Below are positions 8,818-18,030 of a DNA stretch of 64,000 nucleotides, one piece after another. The notes below the pieces were generated by a model that had not been told where the DNA came from, did no database searches, and worked only from the letters and a program-made list of their open reading frames with translations. The stretch's first letter is position 1. Each line of letters opens with the position of its first letter. Location: positions 608,001-672,000 of the forward strand of contig JAWAKK010000001.1 in assembly GCA_038887515.1 (NCBI GenBank), in the 5' to 3' direction. Made by a program: the position numbers and the translations under genes. This DNA comes from Candidatus Nezhaarchaeales archaeon. Its GTDB lineage: Archaea > Thermoproteota > Methanomethylicia > Nezhaarchaeales > WYZ-LMO8.

Positions 8818-10215
8818 TTACCTTCTGGACAATCTTTTAGTGTAAATGACCATCGAAACGAGAAGTAAGGCTAGGCAGTAAGTTCCGCCGTAAATTAGGA
8901 TGTTAACGTCTCCGAAAGGAGGGGCCACCGAGAATATTAGGATCACGAAGGTCGCTATGAGACCTAAAAACGCTGGAATTGGCAACTTTAATGGGCCTTC
9001 AACCTTGGAGGGCCTTGCGCCGTCGGGTTTCTTCACTCTCAAGACTATAACGTCTATGAATATCGTGAGGTAAGTGAGCATGAATACGAAAGAACATATT
9101 AGGGCCAAGAATGAAGGAGTTTTAGTACCCAGAGAGGATGCTGAAACCCCCAAGACTAGCAACATGAGGGCGTATAGTAGACATAAAGAGCCCCATGGGG
9201 CCCTGAACTTGGGGTGTAGCCAGCTAAAGAAGCTTGGCAGATAGCCATCCACAGCCATCCCGTACAGCACCCTCGTGGCTCCAGTTAAAACCGCATTTAC
9301 GGTGCTTCCCGTCGCTACTAGACTTATGATGGCCATCCACACTTCGCCAGCTGGACCAAGCAAGTACCCGACCGCTCCTACATGATATGGTTCACTGAGC
9401 AATATCTCTCGAGGAACTGAAGCTACCCACGATAAGCCCAAGAACTGTTTTAAAGCGAACAGGATAACCATTGACGTCACCATTGCTAGCGGTAGCGTCC
9501 TAGAAGGGTTCTTAACCTCCTCCGCCAAGGGAGCTAATACCTCAACCCCAACGAATAACCACACGCCCATGAGCGTTAAAGCCAAGATGCTTGGAAGCCC
9601 TGCCGGCACTCCGTGATAGATGGAGGAAGCTGGAGGATCTAAGAGTGTACGAGTTAAGCACTCTAAGCAAGGCCTTTTTACTATGAAGCCTAAGAGAGCC
9701 AATGCTAGGTACGAGCCAGCCATTATTGATACGAGCACTAATTGAACGCGCCCGGTAACGGTAATCCCGAGCATGTTTACGATCGTAAATAACGTTAAAA
9801 GTAGCATCGCCCAGCCCCACCAAGGCACTTGGGGAATGATTTTCTCCATTATTATCCCTACTATGGCTGACTCGGCCGAAAAGCCAAAGATGTCTTTAAA
9901 CCCGTACCAAAGTCCTATCGATAATCCGGCAACCCTACCTAAAGCCATACTTGTGTAAAACACAAAGCTACTAGACTTTGGGTAAGCCGTTGCTAATTCC
10001 GAGAGAGCTAAGCAAACCAGTAATATGTAGCAAAGTGCTATTAAGTGCGTATACGTAAACCCTGCCCCCAAATCCCCAAAGCCAAGGCTAATCATCATAA
10101 GCGTAGTTGAGCAAGCTACTAAACCTAGGCTCATAGCCCACGCTTGCCAAAAGCCCAATGTCCTCTTGAGGCCGACCTGAGCCAGAACAGTGCCCGCCTC
10201 CAAGTTAATCATCAT
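8818..10215 (-). CDS. APC-family amino acid permease
   Basis: LKRTLGF, SELATAYP, FVGVE..AEEVKNP, RVLYGMAVDGYLP; about 12 TM segments. Confidence 0.9.
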   Translation of the reverse strand: MMINLEAGTVLAQVGLKRTLGFWQAWAMSLGLVACSTTLMMISLGFGDLGAGFTYTHLIALCYILLVCLALSELATAYPKSSSFVFYTSMALGRVAGLSIGLWYGFKDIFGFSAESAIVGIIMEKIIPQVPWWGWAMLLLTLFTIVNMLGITVTGRVQLVLVSIMAGSYLALALLGFIVKRPCLECLTRTLLDPPASSIYHGVPAGLPSILALTLMGVWLFVGVEVLAPLAEEVKNPSRTLPLAMVTSMVILFALKQFLGLSWVASVPREILLSEPYHVGAVGYLLGPAGEVWMAIISLVATGSTVNAVLTGATRVLYGMAVDGYLPSFFSWLHPKFRAPWGSLCLLYALMLLVLGVSASSLGTKTPSFLALICSFVFMLTYLTIFIDVIVLRVKKPDGARPSKVEGPLKLPIPAFLGLIATFVILIFSVAPPFGDVNILIYGGTYCLALLLVSMVIYTKRLSRR

Positions 10216-10263
10216 AGGATCTTTAAAGCTTATCTTGTAAACGAGGTCTAGTTATTGTAGTCC

Positions 10264-10899
10264 CTAGCTCATGTGATTTCTCTTTAGGGCTCCATTACCG
10301 CTCCTCTCTATGATTCCCGTTTCTATAAGTTTCTTGAGGGCTCTACTTAAGGCCGCCCTTATAACCCTCCTCTTAGCGATAGTGCCAAAAAGCGCTATAG
10401 CGGCCTTCCTAACGCTACCGGTCTCAGCGACCTTCTTCAATATAGCGATGTCCCTAGGACCGAGTTTTAACCCGTATCTCATCGCTATACTGGCTATATC
10501 GGCAGGTCTTAAACCAAGGTACCGAGAACTCTCATCATTGCAGGGCTCCCCTATCCTCCTTATGACCTTAAACTTTATGATTGTGACCTTGTCGCTTGGA
10601 CTAATAGAACCATATATTTCTTTAAGGTTTTGGAGCAGTTGATTTTTATCCTGAAAGCCGTCTTGTCTAGCATCTTCATCGGTAAGGTCGCAAACCCTCT
10701 TTACCTTCACGTCTGATATCTCTAGTTCTGCTAGGACTTTACCTCCACCGTGAAGTATAACGCGCCTCCTCTTCGGTTTAACTATCCCAAGCCTTATAGT
10801 TGTGGTCTTAACGCCAGCCAATACTAGGTCTGCAAACTCCTTCTTCATCATAATGTGCCTACCAAAGAAGCTAAGCTTGCCTTTGTTTGGAGACCCCAT
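10264..10899 (-). CDS. ASCH-domain protein with C-terminal HTH
   Basis: GVKTTTIR and LTDEDARQDGF ASCH motifs; ETGSVRKAA HTH-like helix; start trimmed to ATG 10899. Confidence 0.8.
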   Translation of the reverse strand: MGSPNKGKLSFFGRHIMMKKEFADLVLAGVKTTTIRLGIVKPKRRRVILHGGGKVLAELEISDVKVKRVCDLTDEDARQDGFQDKNQLLQNLKEIYGSISPSDKVTIIKFKVIRRIGEPCNDESSRYLGLRPADIASIAMRYGLKLGPRDIAILKKVAETGSVRKAAIALFGTIAKRRVIRAALSRALKKLIETGIIERSGNGALKRNHMS

Positions 10900-11064
10900 T
10901 CTCTTTTGGGCACCCGGAGAGGTCCAGCTCTTTAGGTTAGGTGATACTAGAATTGTATGAAATTGACTTTTTAGCTTAACCATCTTCGGTAAGATGATTG
11001 TCGATGCCGGGCGAGCATTAATGCATAAATAAGCTTACTTCAATCCTCTAACGTCCATTCTTCA

Positions 11065-11517
11065 CTATATGGCGTAGAACCTTAAGATAAAGGTCAACGT
11101 TATTAATGCTCCAAGAACCGTAAACAGCCCGTTTACTACCTTGTTATTGGAGTTAAAGAGCTTTAAGCTAACCTCCTTCTTGTTTATAGGCCAAAGTGGC
11201 GGGAAGCTCATGTATGTTAAGAGGTCGCTAAATATGTGACATAGGAAGCCGGATAAGCATGCCAAAAACCCCACCCAAAAGCCTAAGCCAGCGTAATACG
11301 TGAGGAGCCCCACTGGTATACTAACTATCGTGGCTACGATGACGTTATGAGTATACCTTCGATGCCTAATTTCGAGCCTTAAGTCTATGTCTGGAAGAGC
11401 GGAGAAAGCGCCGGAGAGCAGCAATAGTATAATGCTATCTCGCGACACTATGTTAATAGAGTACAGTATTAAGCCGATGACTGTCAACGTAAAGCCTACA
11501 TGCCCAGCTCGATTCAC
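11065..11517 (-). CDS. YdjM-family membrane metal-dependent hydrolase
   Basis: H..LPDID..HRRYTH..HIFSD..PPLWP; start set at GTG 11517, downstream of a TTTAAA box. Confidence 0.85.
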   Translation of the reverse strand: MNRAGHVGFTLTVIGLILYSINIVSRDSIILLLLSGAFSALPDIDLRLEIRHRRYTHNVIVATIVSIPVGLLTYYAGLGFWVGFLACLSGFLCHIFSDLLTYMSFPPLWPINKKEVSLKLFNSNNKVVNGLFTVLGALITLTFILRFYAI

Positions 11518-11616
11518 GTCAACACTTCGTCGTAGCGGAGATTTAAACTTAGATATCTTACTTAAAGCTCCAAGTAGCCCATTCACCTTATCGATTGACG
11601 AGCTCAGTTTTGCTAA

Positions 11617-12324
11617 CTACTTGGGCTTCACAACGGACTGCGTCAATAGGGTGTCTATGTCTATCTGGAGCTTCTTCTTCATGTACATGTAGGCCGCCGT
11701 TAACTTTGTCTGTTGAGCTGCATAAGGTAAGGCTGATAGCATTAAGGGTACGTAGTGAAGATCCACAAGAGGTTTAATAGACGAGAGAGCACTCCACGCT
11801 ATGTCCCATACCGATGAACCTTCTTTACTTGCTTTCTCAACGCTCTTGACTATTGATGGTTGGACCATCATAGCGATCTCTATAACCCTATCAGCCAGTA
11901 ATTGGGAGGTCTCGCCTCTAAGTAGAGAACTAAGTAAGAAGCACTCGGCTGTGGACCTTATGTGGCTGTACACGACGGACCTCTTGGCCTTCTTTGACGT
12001 AAATATCTCCTTTGCGTGAGGTAGGTCGAGGATGTCATCGGCCGCCAAGCCTGCTAATATCAGCAGTTCTCGTAACTCTTTGGCGAGAGGTTTTACTTCA
12101 CTCAAAACCACTATGCTCCCGATGTCCTTCTTAGCCGTGGTAGATAGAGCCTTACAGGCCAGCCCAAAAGGTGTTGATGATATCTCCAGAGCCAGGTTAT
12201 TTACTGCATTTACTAGAACTTCTCTATCAACGCCGTAGACCGCACCTTTACCGTAAATCAGCTTCCTATAGAAATCGTCTTTGCTAACCTTCCTTCTCTT
12301 AGGTACCAAGCCTAGGATCTCCAA
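11617..12324 (-). CDS. Hypothetical helical protein
   Basis: 235-aa ORF with SD GGAGG; no recognised motif. Confidence 0.6.
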   Translation of the reverse strand: MEILGLVPKRRKVSKDDFYRKLIYGKGAVYGVDREVLVNAVNNLALEISSTPFGLACKALSTTAKKDIGSIVVLSEVKPLAKELRELLILAGLAADDILDLPHAKEIFTSKKAKRSVVYSHIRSTAECFLLSSLLRGETSQLLADRVIEIAMMVQPSIVKSVEKASKEGSSVWDIAWSALSSIKPLVDLHYVPLMLSALPYAAQQTKLTAAYMYMKKKLQIDIDTLLTQSVVKPK

Positions 12325-12412
12325 GTTTAACCCTCCGAAGACCTTAAGAATAGTTTGGTTGATGGAGAGAGTAAAAAAATTTGCTCGAAGCCCTTTATGC
12401 GCGTGGAGGGGG

Positions 12413-13630
12413 CTATAACTGTCTTAGATCTATGACTCTCTTAGCTTTCCCCTGGTACTCTATCTTGCCCTCTTCGACGGGCTCTATGTTAACGTTCAGC
12501 AACGTAAGTTCCTTTATCTGATTTTTAAGGTAATTTATTATTCCTTCTATATCCTTAACTCCTTTCTTGACTTCCACTCTTACCGTTATGTCATCAATGT
12601 TTGAAAGAACGATTTGATACTCCCCGGTAAGCTGTGACATACTAGAAGTAATCTCTTCTATGATCTTGGGGTAAAGGCTTATACCGCGAACCTTAATCAT
12701 CTCGTCGATTCGCCCTTTAATTCGAGATATCTTCGGGGTCTCAAGACCGCAAGAACATTCTCCTGATAGAAGCTCAACCATGTCTCCAGTGCGGTACCTA
12801 ATTAGAGGCATAGCCTCCCTGGTAAGGGTCGTTACTACGAGTTCTCCGTCCTCTCCTTCACTTACTTGCTCGCCGGTCTTAGGATCTATAACTTCTATCA
12901 GGTAGTGGTCCGCCCATACGTGCATACCTTCCTTCTCAGAACACTCAATCGCTACTCCTGGACCTCCTAGCTCTGCTACGCCGTAGTTGTCGTACGCCTT
13001 TAAGTTTAGAGATTCTTCTATTCTTCTCCTCGTAGACTCGCTCCAGGTCTCAGCTCCCAAGACCGCTACTCGAAGCCTCAGCTTCTCGGTTATGTCCGTG
13101 TCCTTAGCTATGTTGGCCATCTTAAGTGCAAAGGAAGGAATTGCGTGAAACGATGTTACTCCCAGCTCAACCATAAACCTCAAGTGTTTGTCCGGCGATG
13201 CAGGGCCTAAAGGTATTGAGATTGCGCCTGCTAACAATGCAGCCTCGCTGTAGCCTCGGCCAGTAAACATCCCTTGATTGGCAGTGTTTATGAAGATGTC
13301 CCCCTTCCCTATCCCGACGACCTTCAGGTTCCTGAGGAGCCTCTCCATCCATAGTTTGTAGTCGCTTTCCGTGTAAAACGTTAATATGGGTTTCCCGGTC
13401 GTGCCTGACGAAGATAAGACAAGGGATACCTCGCTGAGCTCCGTAGCAAGCGCTCCATAGGGGTAGAGGGATATGAGATCCTGCTTGGTAGTAAACGGTA
13501 ACTTAGATAAATCTTTAAGTGAAGTTATTGCTAATCCTTTAAGCCTATTAGAGTACAGTAGGCTCTTTGAGGCTTGCTCTATGGTCCATTTCAATCTCTT
13601 TAACTGTAATGTCTCTAAATTTTTACTCAA
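12413..13630 (-). CDS. paaK: Phenylacetate-CoA ligase-family protein
   Basis: LPFTTK, SSSGTTGKP, YGVAE, PLIRYRTGD, GRIDEMIKVRG. Confidence 0.9.
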   Translation of the reverse strand: MSKNLETLQLKRLKWTIEQASKSLLYSNRLKGLAITSLKDLSKLPFTTKQDLISLYPYGALATELSEVSLVLSSSGTTGKPILTFYTESDYKLWMERLLRNLKVVGIGKGDIFINTANQGMFTGRGYSEAALLAGAISIPLGPASPDKHLRFMVELGVTSFHAIPSFALKMANIAKDTDITEKLRLRVAVLGAETWSESTRRRIEESLNLKAYDNYGVAELGGPGVAIECSEKEGMHVWADHYLIEVIDPKTGEQVSEGEDGELVVTTLTREAMPLIRYRTGDMVELLSGECSCGLETPKISRIKGRIDEMIKVRGISLYPKIIEEITSSMSQLTGEYQIVLSNIDDITVRVEVKKGVKDIEGIINYLKNQIKELTLLNVNIEPVEEGKIEYQGKAKRVIDLRQL

Positions 13631-13782
13631 GGTAAACTAGATCACCGAGCATCTCCGGCACCCGCTGAGGGTTGGCGGCGTTAAGGCCTTATAAAGCTTT
13701 GCGTCTTGCTTAGTTCATCTAGATTTCAAGCACACAGAATCTTCAACTTTATTGGTTTCTTTGGGTTAAAATATGGTACTAG

Positions 13783-15201
13783 GTGGATTACGAGCTTGTA
13801 AAACAACATTACTCAAACGAGATCGTCAAGAGAGAGGTGGCGGAGTATTGTAAGGGTAGGTGGGTTGCCCTAGAAGGAGGTGGTATTGGCAAGGTCTTCT
13901 TGAGGTATTGGAGAGATGGAAGGCCCTTAAAAATTAATAGCCCTCAGGAGGTCGAAGATTTAATTAAACAGTTTGAATGTGTTAAGCCTAGGACCATTTA
14001 CGGCTCCATAAACGTATACAATAGGTTGTCTGCTAAGCTTGACATAGAAGATCGCGGAAACATAGCTTACGCTTCTCCAATATGGGACATAGATGGAGAG
14101 CTGGATAAATGGAGGGATATCATTGAAGTTGCTCGAATAATAGTTGATGAGCTTGAAAAGCTAGGCATCTCGAGGTCAGTCTTCATAAAGTGGAGTGGCG
14201 AGGGGGCTCACGTTCACGTCCATGAAAAGTGCTTTTCAGTTGACGTCCTGTCTAGGCACAACCCGCTGGACGTAGCGTACTCATTAGTAGAGTACGTTTT
14301 AAAGGAGAGCAAGGAGAAAATACTTGAGATTGCATCTCGATCCGGCAGACTCAAAGTCGAAAACGAGATTGACCTGAAAAGGGTGTTTACTGCTCCATTA
14401 GCGATCCATAGGAAGAGAGACCTTTGTTGCGTATGCCTTAAGCCAAGCGCCTTAGACAGCTTTGAGCTTGAGTGGGCTAATCCTAAGGGCTTTAAGCATG
14501 ATGATAGGTGGAGGGATTATGTTGAAGGCGAGGGAGATGAAGTAGCGATTAAAGCCATCAAGACCATAGGCGGTTATAAGGGTTGGTTTAGCACCATGGA
14601 GGTGAGAGCGAGAACTACGATTACTCTCCCTAAACCCGTAGAGGTCAAGCGGAAGGAGGAGATCGGGCGATTCCAAGTCATGGGGCTTCTTCAAGCAGCA
14701 CGCTATTACTTGATAACGGGGGATCTCGAGAAGGCAAAATCCTTCGGTTTGAATAGAGCAATATTTTACGCGTGGGCTAAGAAACACGCCAGAGATGCTA
14801 TTTCTAAAAAAGTAACCAAGATTACGGGTTCTACAGGTAAAAGCACGTCAGAAGGAAGAACTGTTCAAATAGGCGATGAAACCGCTTTTTTATCTGATGG
14901 AGGCTGGTTCATCATTGGGGGTCAAGAGCAGAAGCCGGACGACTATGATAGGCAAATAGCACAGCACATAGAGAGGGTAGTCCCTTACGAGAAGGCATGG
15001 CAAGCGGCTCTAGAGTACTTAAAGAGCTTTAAGAAGGAGACATTGCTCGATCAACAGAAGTTCTTTAAAGAAGTGTATGAGCCCATTAGAGACAGGTTTC
15101 TCGAAGACGTCGTCCTAAATCCTAGGAGAAGGACTACTCGACATGAAGGACTACTTAAGTGGTTCAGCGGAGGGCACGAGACTTCTAACGTAAGTTCTTG
15201 A
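13783..15201 (+). CDS. AEP (archaeo-eukaryotic primase) superfamily domain fused to an uncharacterised C-terminal domain
   Basis: WDID (DxD), KWSGEGAHVH, D..RVFTAP.AIH; second domain starts at GRFQVMGLLQAAR..GLNRAIFYA. Confidence 0.7.
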   Translation: MDYELVKQHYSNEIVKREVAEYCKGRWVALEGGGIGKVFLRYWRDGRPLKINSPQEVEDLIKQFECVKPRTIYGSINVYNRLSAKLDIEDRGNIAYASPIWDIDGELDKWRDIIEVARIIVDELEKLGISRSVFIKWSGEGAHVHVHEKCFSVDVLSRHNPLDVAYSLVEYVLKESKEKILEIASRSGRLKVENEIDLKRVFTAPLAIHRKRDLCCVCLKPSALDSFELEWANPKGFKHDDRWRDYVEGEGDEVAIKAIKTIGGYKGWFSTMEVRARTTITLPKPVEVKRKEEIGRFQVMGLLQAARYYLITGDLEKAKSFGLNRAIFYAWAKKHARDAISKKVTKITGSTGKSTSEGRTVQIGDETAFLSDGGWFIIGGQEQKPDDYDRQIAQHIERVVPYEKAWQAALEYLKSFKKETLLDQQKFFKEVYEPIRDRFLEDVVLNPRRRTTRHEGLLKWFSGGHETSNVSS

Positions 15202-15288
15202 GCAGTATTGTATCTTGAAGTAGCTGTTTAACTTATGAGGGTCTTACGCAAATTTTGTTACGCTAACCCGGTAACCGAGGGTTTATTG

Positions 15289-16965
15289 ATGGTGCTCTTC
15301 GTCGAAGTATGTAGGCTCTGCGATGAGCTTGAGTCAACTAGCTCTAGGAGTTCCATGGTTGCCTCAGTTTCAAGCTTCATAAGAGGCCTAGAGGCTCACG
15401 AACTTGAACTGGCGGTCAGGTTCATAATAGGTGAGATCTTCCCTCCATGGGAGCCTGAAATAGGACTTGGAGCATCTGGTGTAATTGATTGCGTTGTTAA
15501 AGCATTTGAGTCGTCTAAAAGTAAGCTGTTTAAAGCCTTTAAGTCGACGGGCGACCTAGGCCTAGCGTCAATGATCATTGCTGAAAAAAGGAAAAGTACT
15601 TCGCCCCTCATAACTTTCGAGAAGGACTTGACAATTAAAGAAGTACATGAAGTCTTTAAGTCAGTAGCGAGAGCCTCGGGAGAGGGCTCTAGGCACAAGA
15701 AGCTCAGGCTTTTCCACGGACTATTATTGAGGGCTAAGAGGCCAATAGAAGTGAAGTACCTTGTAAAGCTCGCTTTAGGAGAAAGGAGGCATGGCTTCAG
15801 CGAGGGTTTAATGGAGGAAGCAATAGCAGATGCCTTTAACGTACCACATGAACTTGTTAGGAGAGTTCACATGCTTACAAGCGATCTTGGGTTTACAGCA
15901 AAAATAGCCAAGCTTGGAGGAGTAGAGGGGCTAAAGAGCCAAAAGATAGTGCTCTTCAATCCAGTTAAACCCATGTTAGCTGAGAAGGTTAACGACTTAC
16001 TATCAGCCCTAAAGGAGCTTGGAGGAAGGGCTTCGCTAGAAATTAAGGTTGATGGAGCCCGCGTTCAGGTACACAAGTCCCACGATAAAGTCAAGGTATT
16101 TAGCCGAAGAGCAACTGACGTGACCGCGAGCCTACCTGAAGTAGTTGAGGCAACGAAGAAAGTCATGGCTGAGAGCGCTGTCCTCGAAGGAGAGGTAGTA
16201 GCGCTTACAAGTAACGGTAGGCCTGCTCCCTTCCAGCTTCTGATGAGGAGGTTTAGGAGGCAGAAAAACGTGAGCGAACTAGCTAGCAAGATACCGTTAA
16301 GGCTTTACTTCTTCGACATACTTTACCTTAACGGTAAAACTTTGATAGACGAAGCATACATCGAGAGGAGAAGGATACTAGAGACTGTTGTTGGTAGGGA
16401 GCTGGTAATCGACGCCTTAATAACGAGTAGATACGAGGAGGCCAAGGCCTTTTACGATAAGGTCCTTCGAGAGGGGCATGAGGGGCTCGTAGCCAAGGAC
16501 CTGGAGGCACCCTACACACCTGGTGTTAGGGGCAAGAAGTGGTTAAAGGTGAAGCCAGTATTCAATACCCTAGACCTCGTTGTGGTAGCAGCTGAGTATG
16601 GGCATGGTTATAGAGCATCTATGCTGAGCGATCTCCACCTAGCTGCATACAACCCTGAAAGCAATGAATTCGAAGTTGTAGGAAAGTGCTTCACGGGCCT
16701 AACTGATGAGGAGCTCGTTTGGATCACTAAAAAACTTAAAGAGATAGCTATCAAAGAGGAGGGGAGGACTGTCTACGTTGAGCCTAGGATAGTAGTTGAA
16801 GTAGCCTTTGACGAAGTTCAAAAGAGTCCACACTATAAGTCTGGCTTAGCCTTGAGGTTTCCTAGAATAACCAAGATTAGGGAAGATAAGTCGCCCTTTG
16901 AGGCAGACACAATACAGACCCTAAGGAAAATATATTACGAACAGAGAGGCTGTAGAAAGGCTTAG
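15289..16965 (+). CDS. lig: ATP-dependent DNA ligase
   Basis: KPMLA, EIKVDGAR (adenylated Lys), EGEVV, FDIL, EGLVAK, WLKVK, LRFPR; N-terminal DNA-binding domain present. Confidence 0.95.
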   Translation: MVLFVEVCRLCDELESTSSRSSMVASVSSFIRGLEAHELELAVRFIIGEIFPPWEPEIGLGASGVIDCVVKAFESSKSKLFKAFKSTGDLGLASMIIAEKRKSTSPLITFEKDLTIKEVHEVFKSVARASGEGSRHKKLRLFHGLLLRAKRPIEVKYLVKLALGERRHGFSEGLMEEAIADAFNVPHELVRRVHMLTSDLGFTAKIAKLGGVEGLKSQKIVLFNPVKPMLAEKVNDLLSALKELGGRASLEIKVDGARVQVHKSHDKVKVFSRRATDVTASLPEVVEATKKVMAESAVLEGEVVALTSNGRPAPFQLLMRRFRRQKNVSELASKIPLRLYFFDILYLNGKTLIDEAYIERRRILETVVGRELVIDALITSRYEEAKAFYDKVLREGHEGLVAKDLEAPYTPGVRGKKWLKVKPVFNTLDLVVVAAEYGHGYRASMLSDLHLAAYNPESNEFEVVGKCFTGLTDEELVWITKKLKEIAIKEEGRTVYVEPRIVVEVAFDEVQKSPHYKSGLALRFPRITKIREDKSPFEADTIQTLRKIYYEQRGCRKA

Positions 16966-17067
16966 GCTCTTCGAAGCTTCCCATAAAAGAATGGGGTTAC
17001 TTAATGTATCTCTTCAATATAAGTAGGTTAAAATGGTGTTTAGGTTTAGTTAGATATGCAAACCAAT

Positions 17068-18018
17068 TTAATTGAGCGACAGCCGTCGGCTTCGCCCTTG
17101 CCCTGCTTCTATGGTCCTCTGCTCGATTGCCTTTACCATGAAGTACAATGTCTTGTTTAAGACTGCTTCAAAAGAGCGCGTAGCGGCTAGTCTCCATATA
17201 GCGCCATTAATGTAGTCTACTTCGGTTTTCTTCCCCCTTAATACATCTATAAGCATGGAGTTCTTGTTGTTGTAAGTCGCCCTAGCGATAGCGAACGTTT
17301 CTTCTACAGGGTTTTGAGGCTCGAGCTCAACCCCTAGGTTTAAAGCGACCTTCCATCCTTCGCTCGCAATCATAGTTAATAGAGTCCTCGTATATTCGTT
17401 TTCCAAGAGTTCCCCGTTCTTCATGTTGAAGAGAGTTCCTAATGGGTTTATCGACGAGTTCACTATGGTTTTAACCCATGTTGCACCATCTATGTTTCTC
17501 GTTACTTCGGCTAGAAGTCCAGCGCTCTTTAACGCATCAGCGAATTCAAAGCAAGCTTCCAAGAGATCCTCGTCCCTTGAACCTAATACCGTTCTCGATA
17601 AGCCTACGGCCCTTATGACCCCCACTTCCTCCGTCATTACACCACAACTGGTTAATCCACGCGCCACGCTCCTACCTAAAACTTCTTCAGCCTCCTTTTC
17701 GACTCCGAGTCCGTTTTGAAGGAGAATGACTGGACAACTTAAGTTAGCAAACGCTACGTGTGTGGTAGCCGACCTAGTGTCGTAGGCCTTAACAGCTACG
17801 ACGCACACATCTACATCGTTTACCCCTCGTAGGTCTGCTCTAAACTCGGCCTTAACGTAGATGACCGATGAATCCGGCATTTTTAACCTTAAGCCACTAT
17901 TTCTAAGACTGGGTATTTTATGTTCCCGCTCTACGAATATGACTTTGTGACCGCTATTGCAAAGCAAACCTCCAAAGAGTCCTCCTATAGCCCCGGCACC
18001 TATGAAGACTACTTTCAA
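17068..18018 (-). CDS. panE: Ketopantoate reductase
   Basis: GAGAIG, VKAYD, LQNGLG, WVK..VN..INP, SMLID, TEVDYING. Confidence 0.9.
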   Translation of the reverse strand: MKVVFIGAGAIGGLFGGLLCNSGHKVIFVEREHKIPSLRNSGLRLKMPDSSVIYVKAEFRADLRGVNDVDVCVVAVKAYDTRSATTHVAFANLSCPVILLQNGLGVEKEAEEVLGRSVARGLTSCGVMTEEVGVIRAVGLSRTVLGSRDEDLLEACFEFADALKSAGLLAEVTRNIDGATWVKTIVNSSINPLGTLFNMKNGELLENEYTRTLLTMIASEGWKVALNLGVELEPQNPVEETFAIARATYNNKNSMLIDVLRGKKTEVDYINGAIWRLAATRSFEAVLNKTLYFMVKAIEQRTIEAGQGRSRRLSLN

Positions 18019-18030
18019 TACTTGACACCT

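Noticed and set aside
11065-12324. ORF 11617-12324 ends in TAG and the same frame stays open into the YdjM gene, suggesting a readthrough fusion
   Set aside because: A TTTAAA box sits about 25-30 nt before the YdjM GTG, implying an independent gene, and TAG is a common normal stop here
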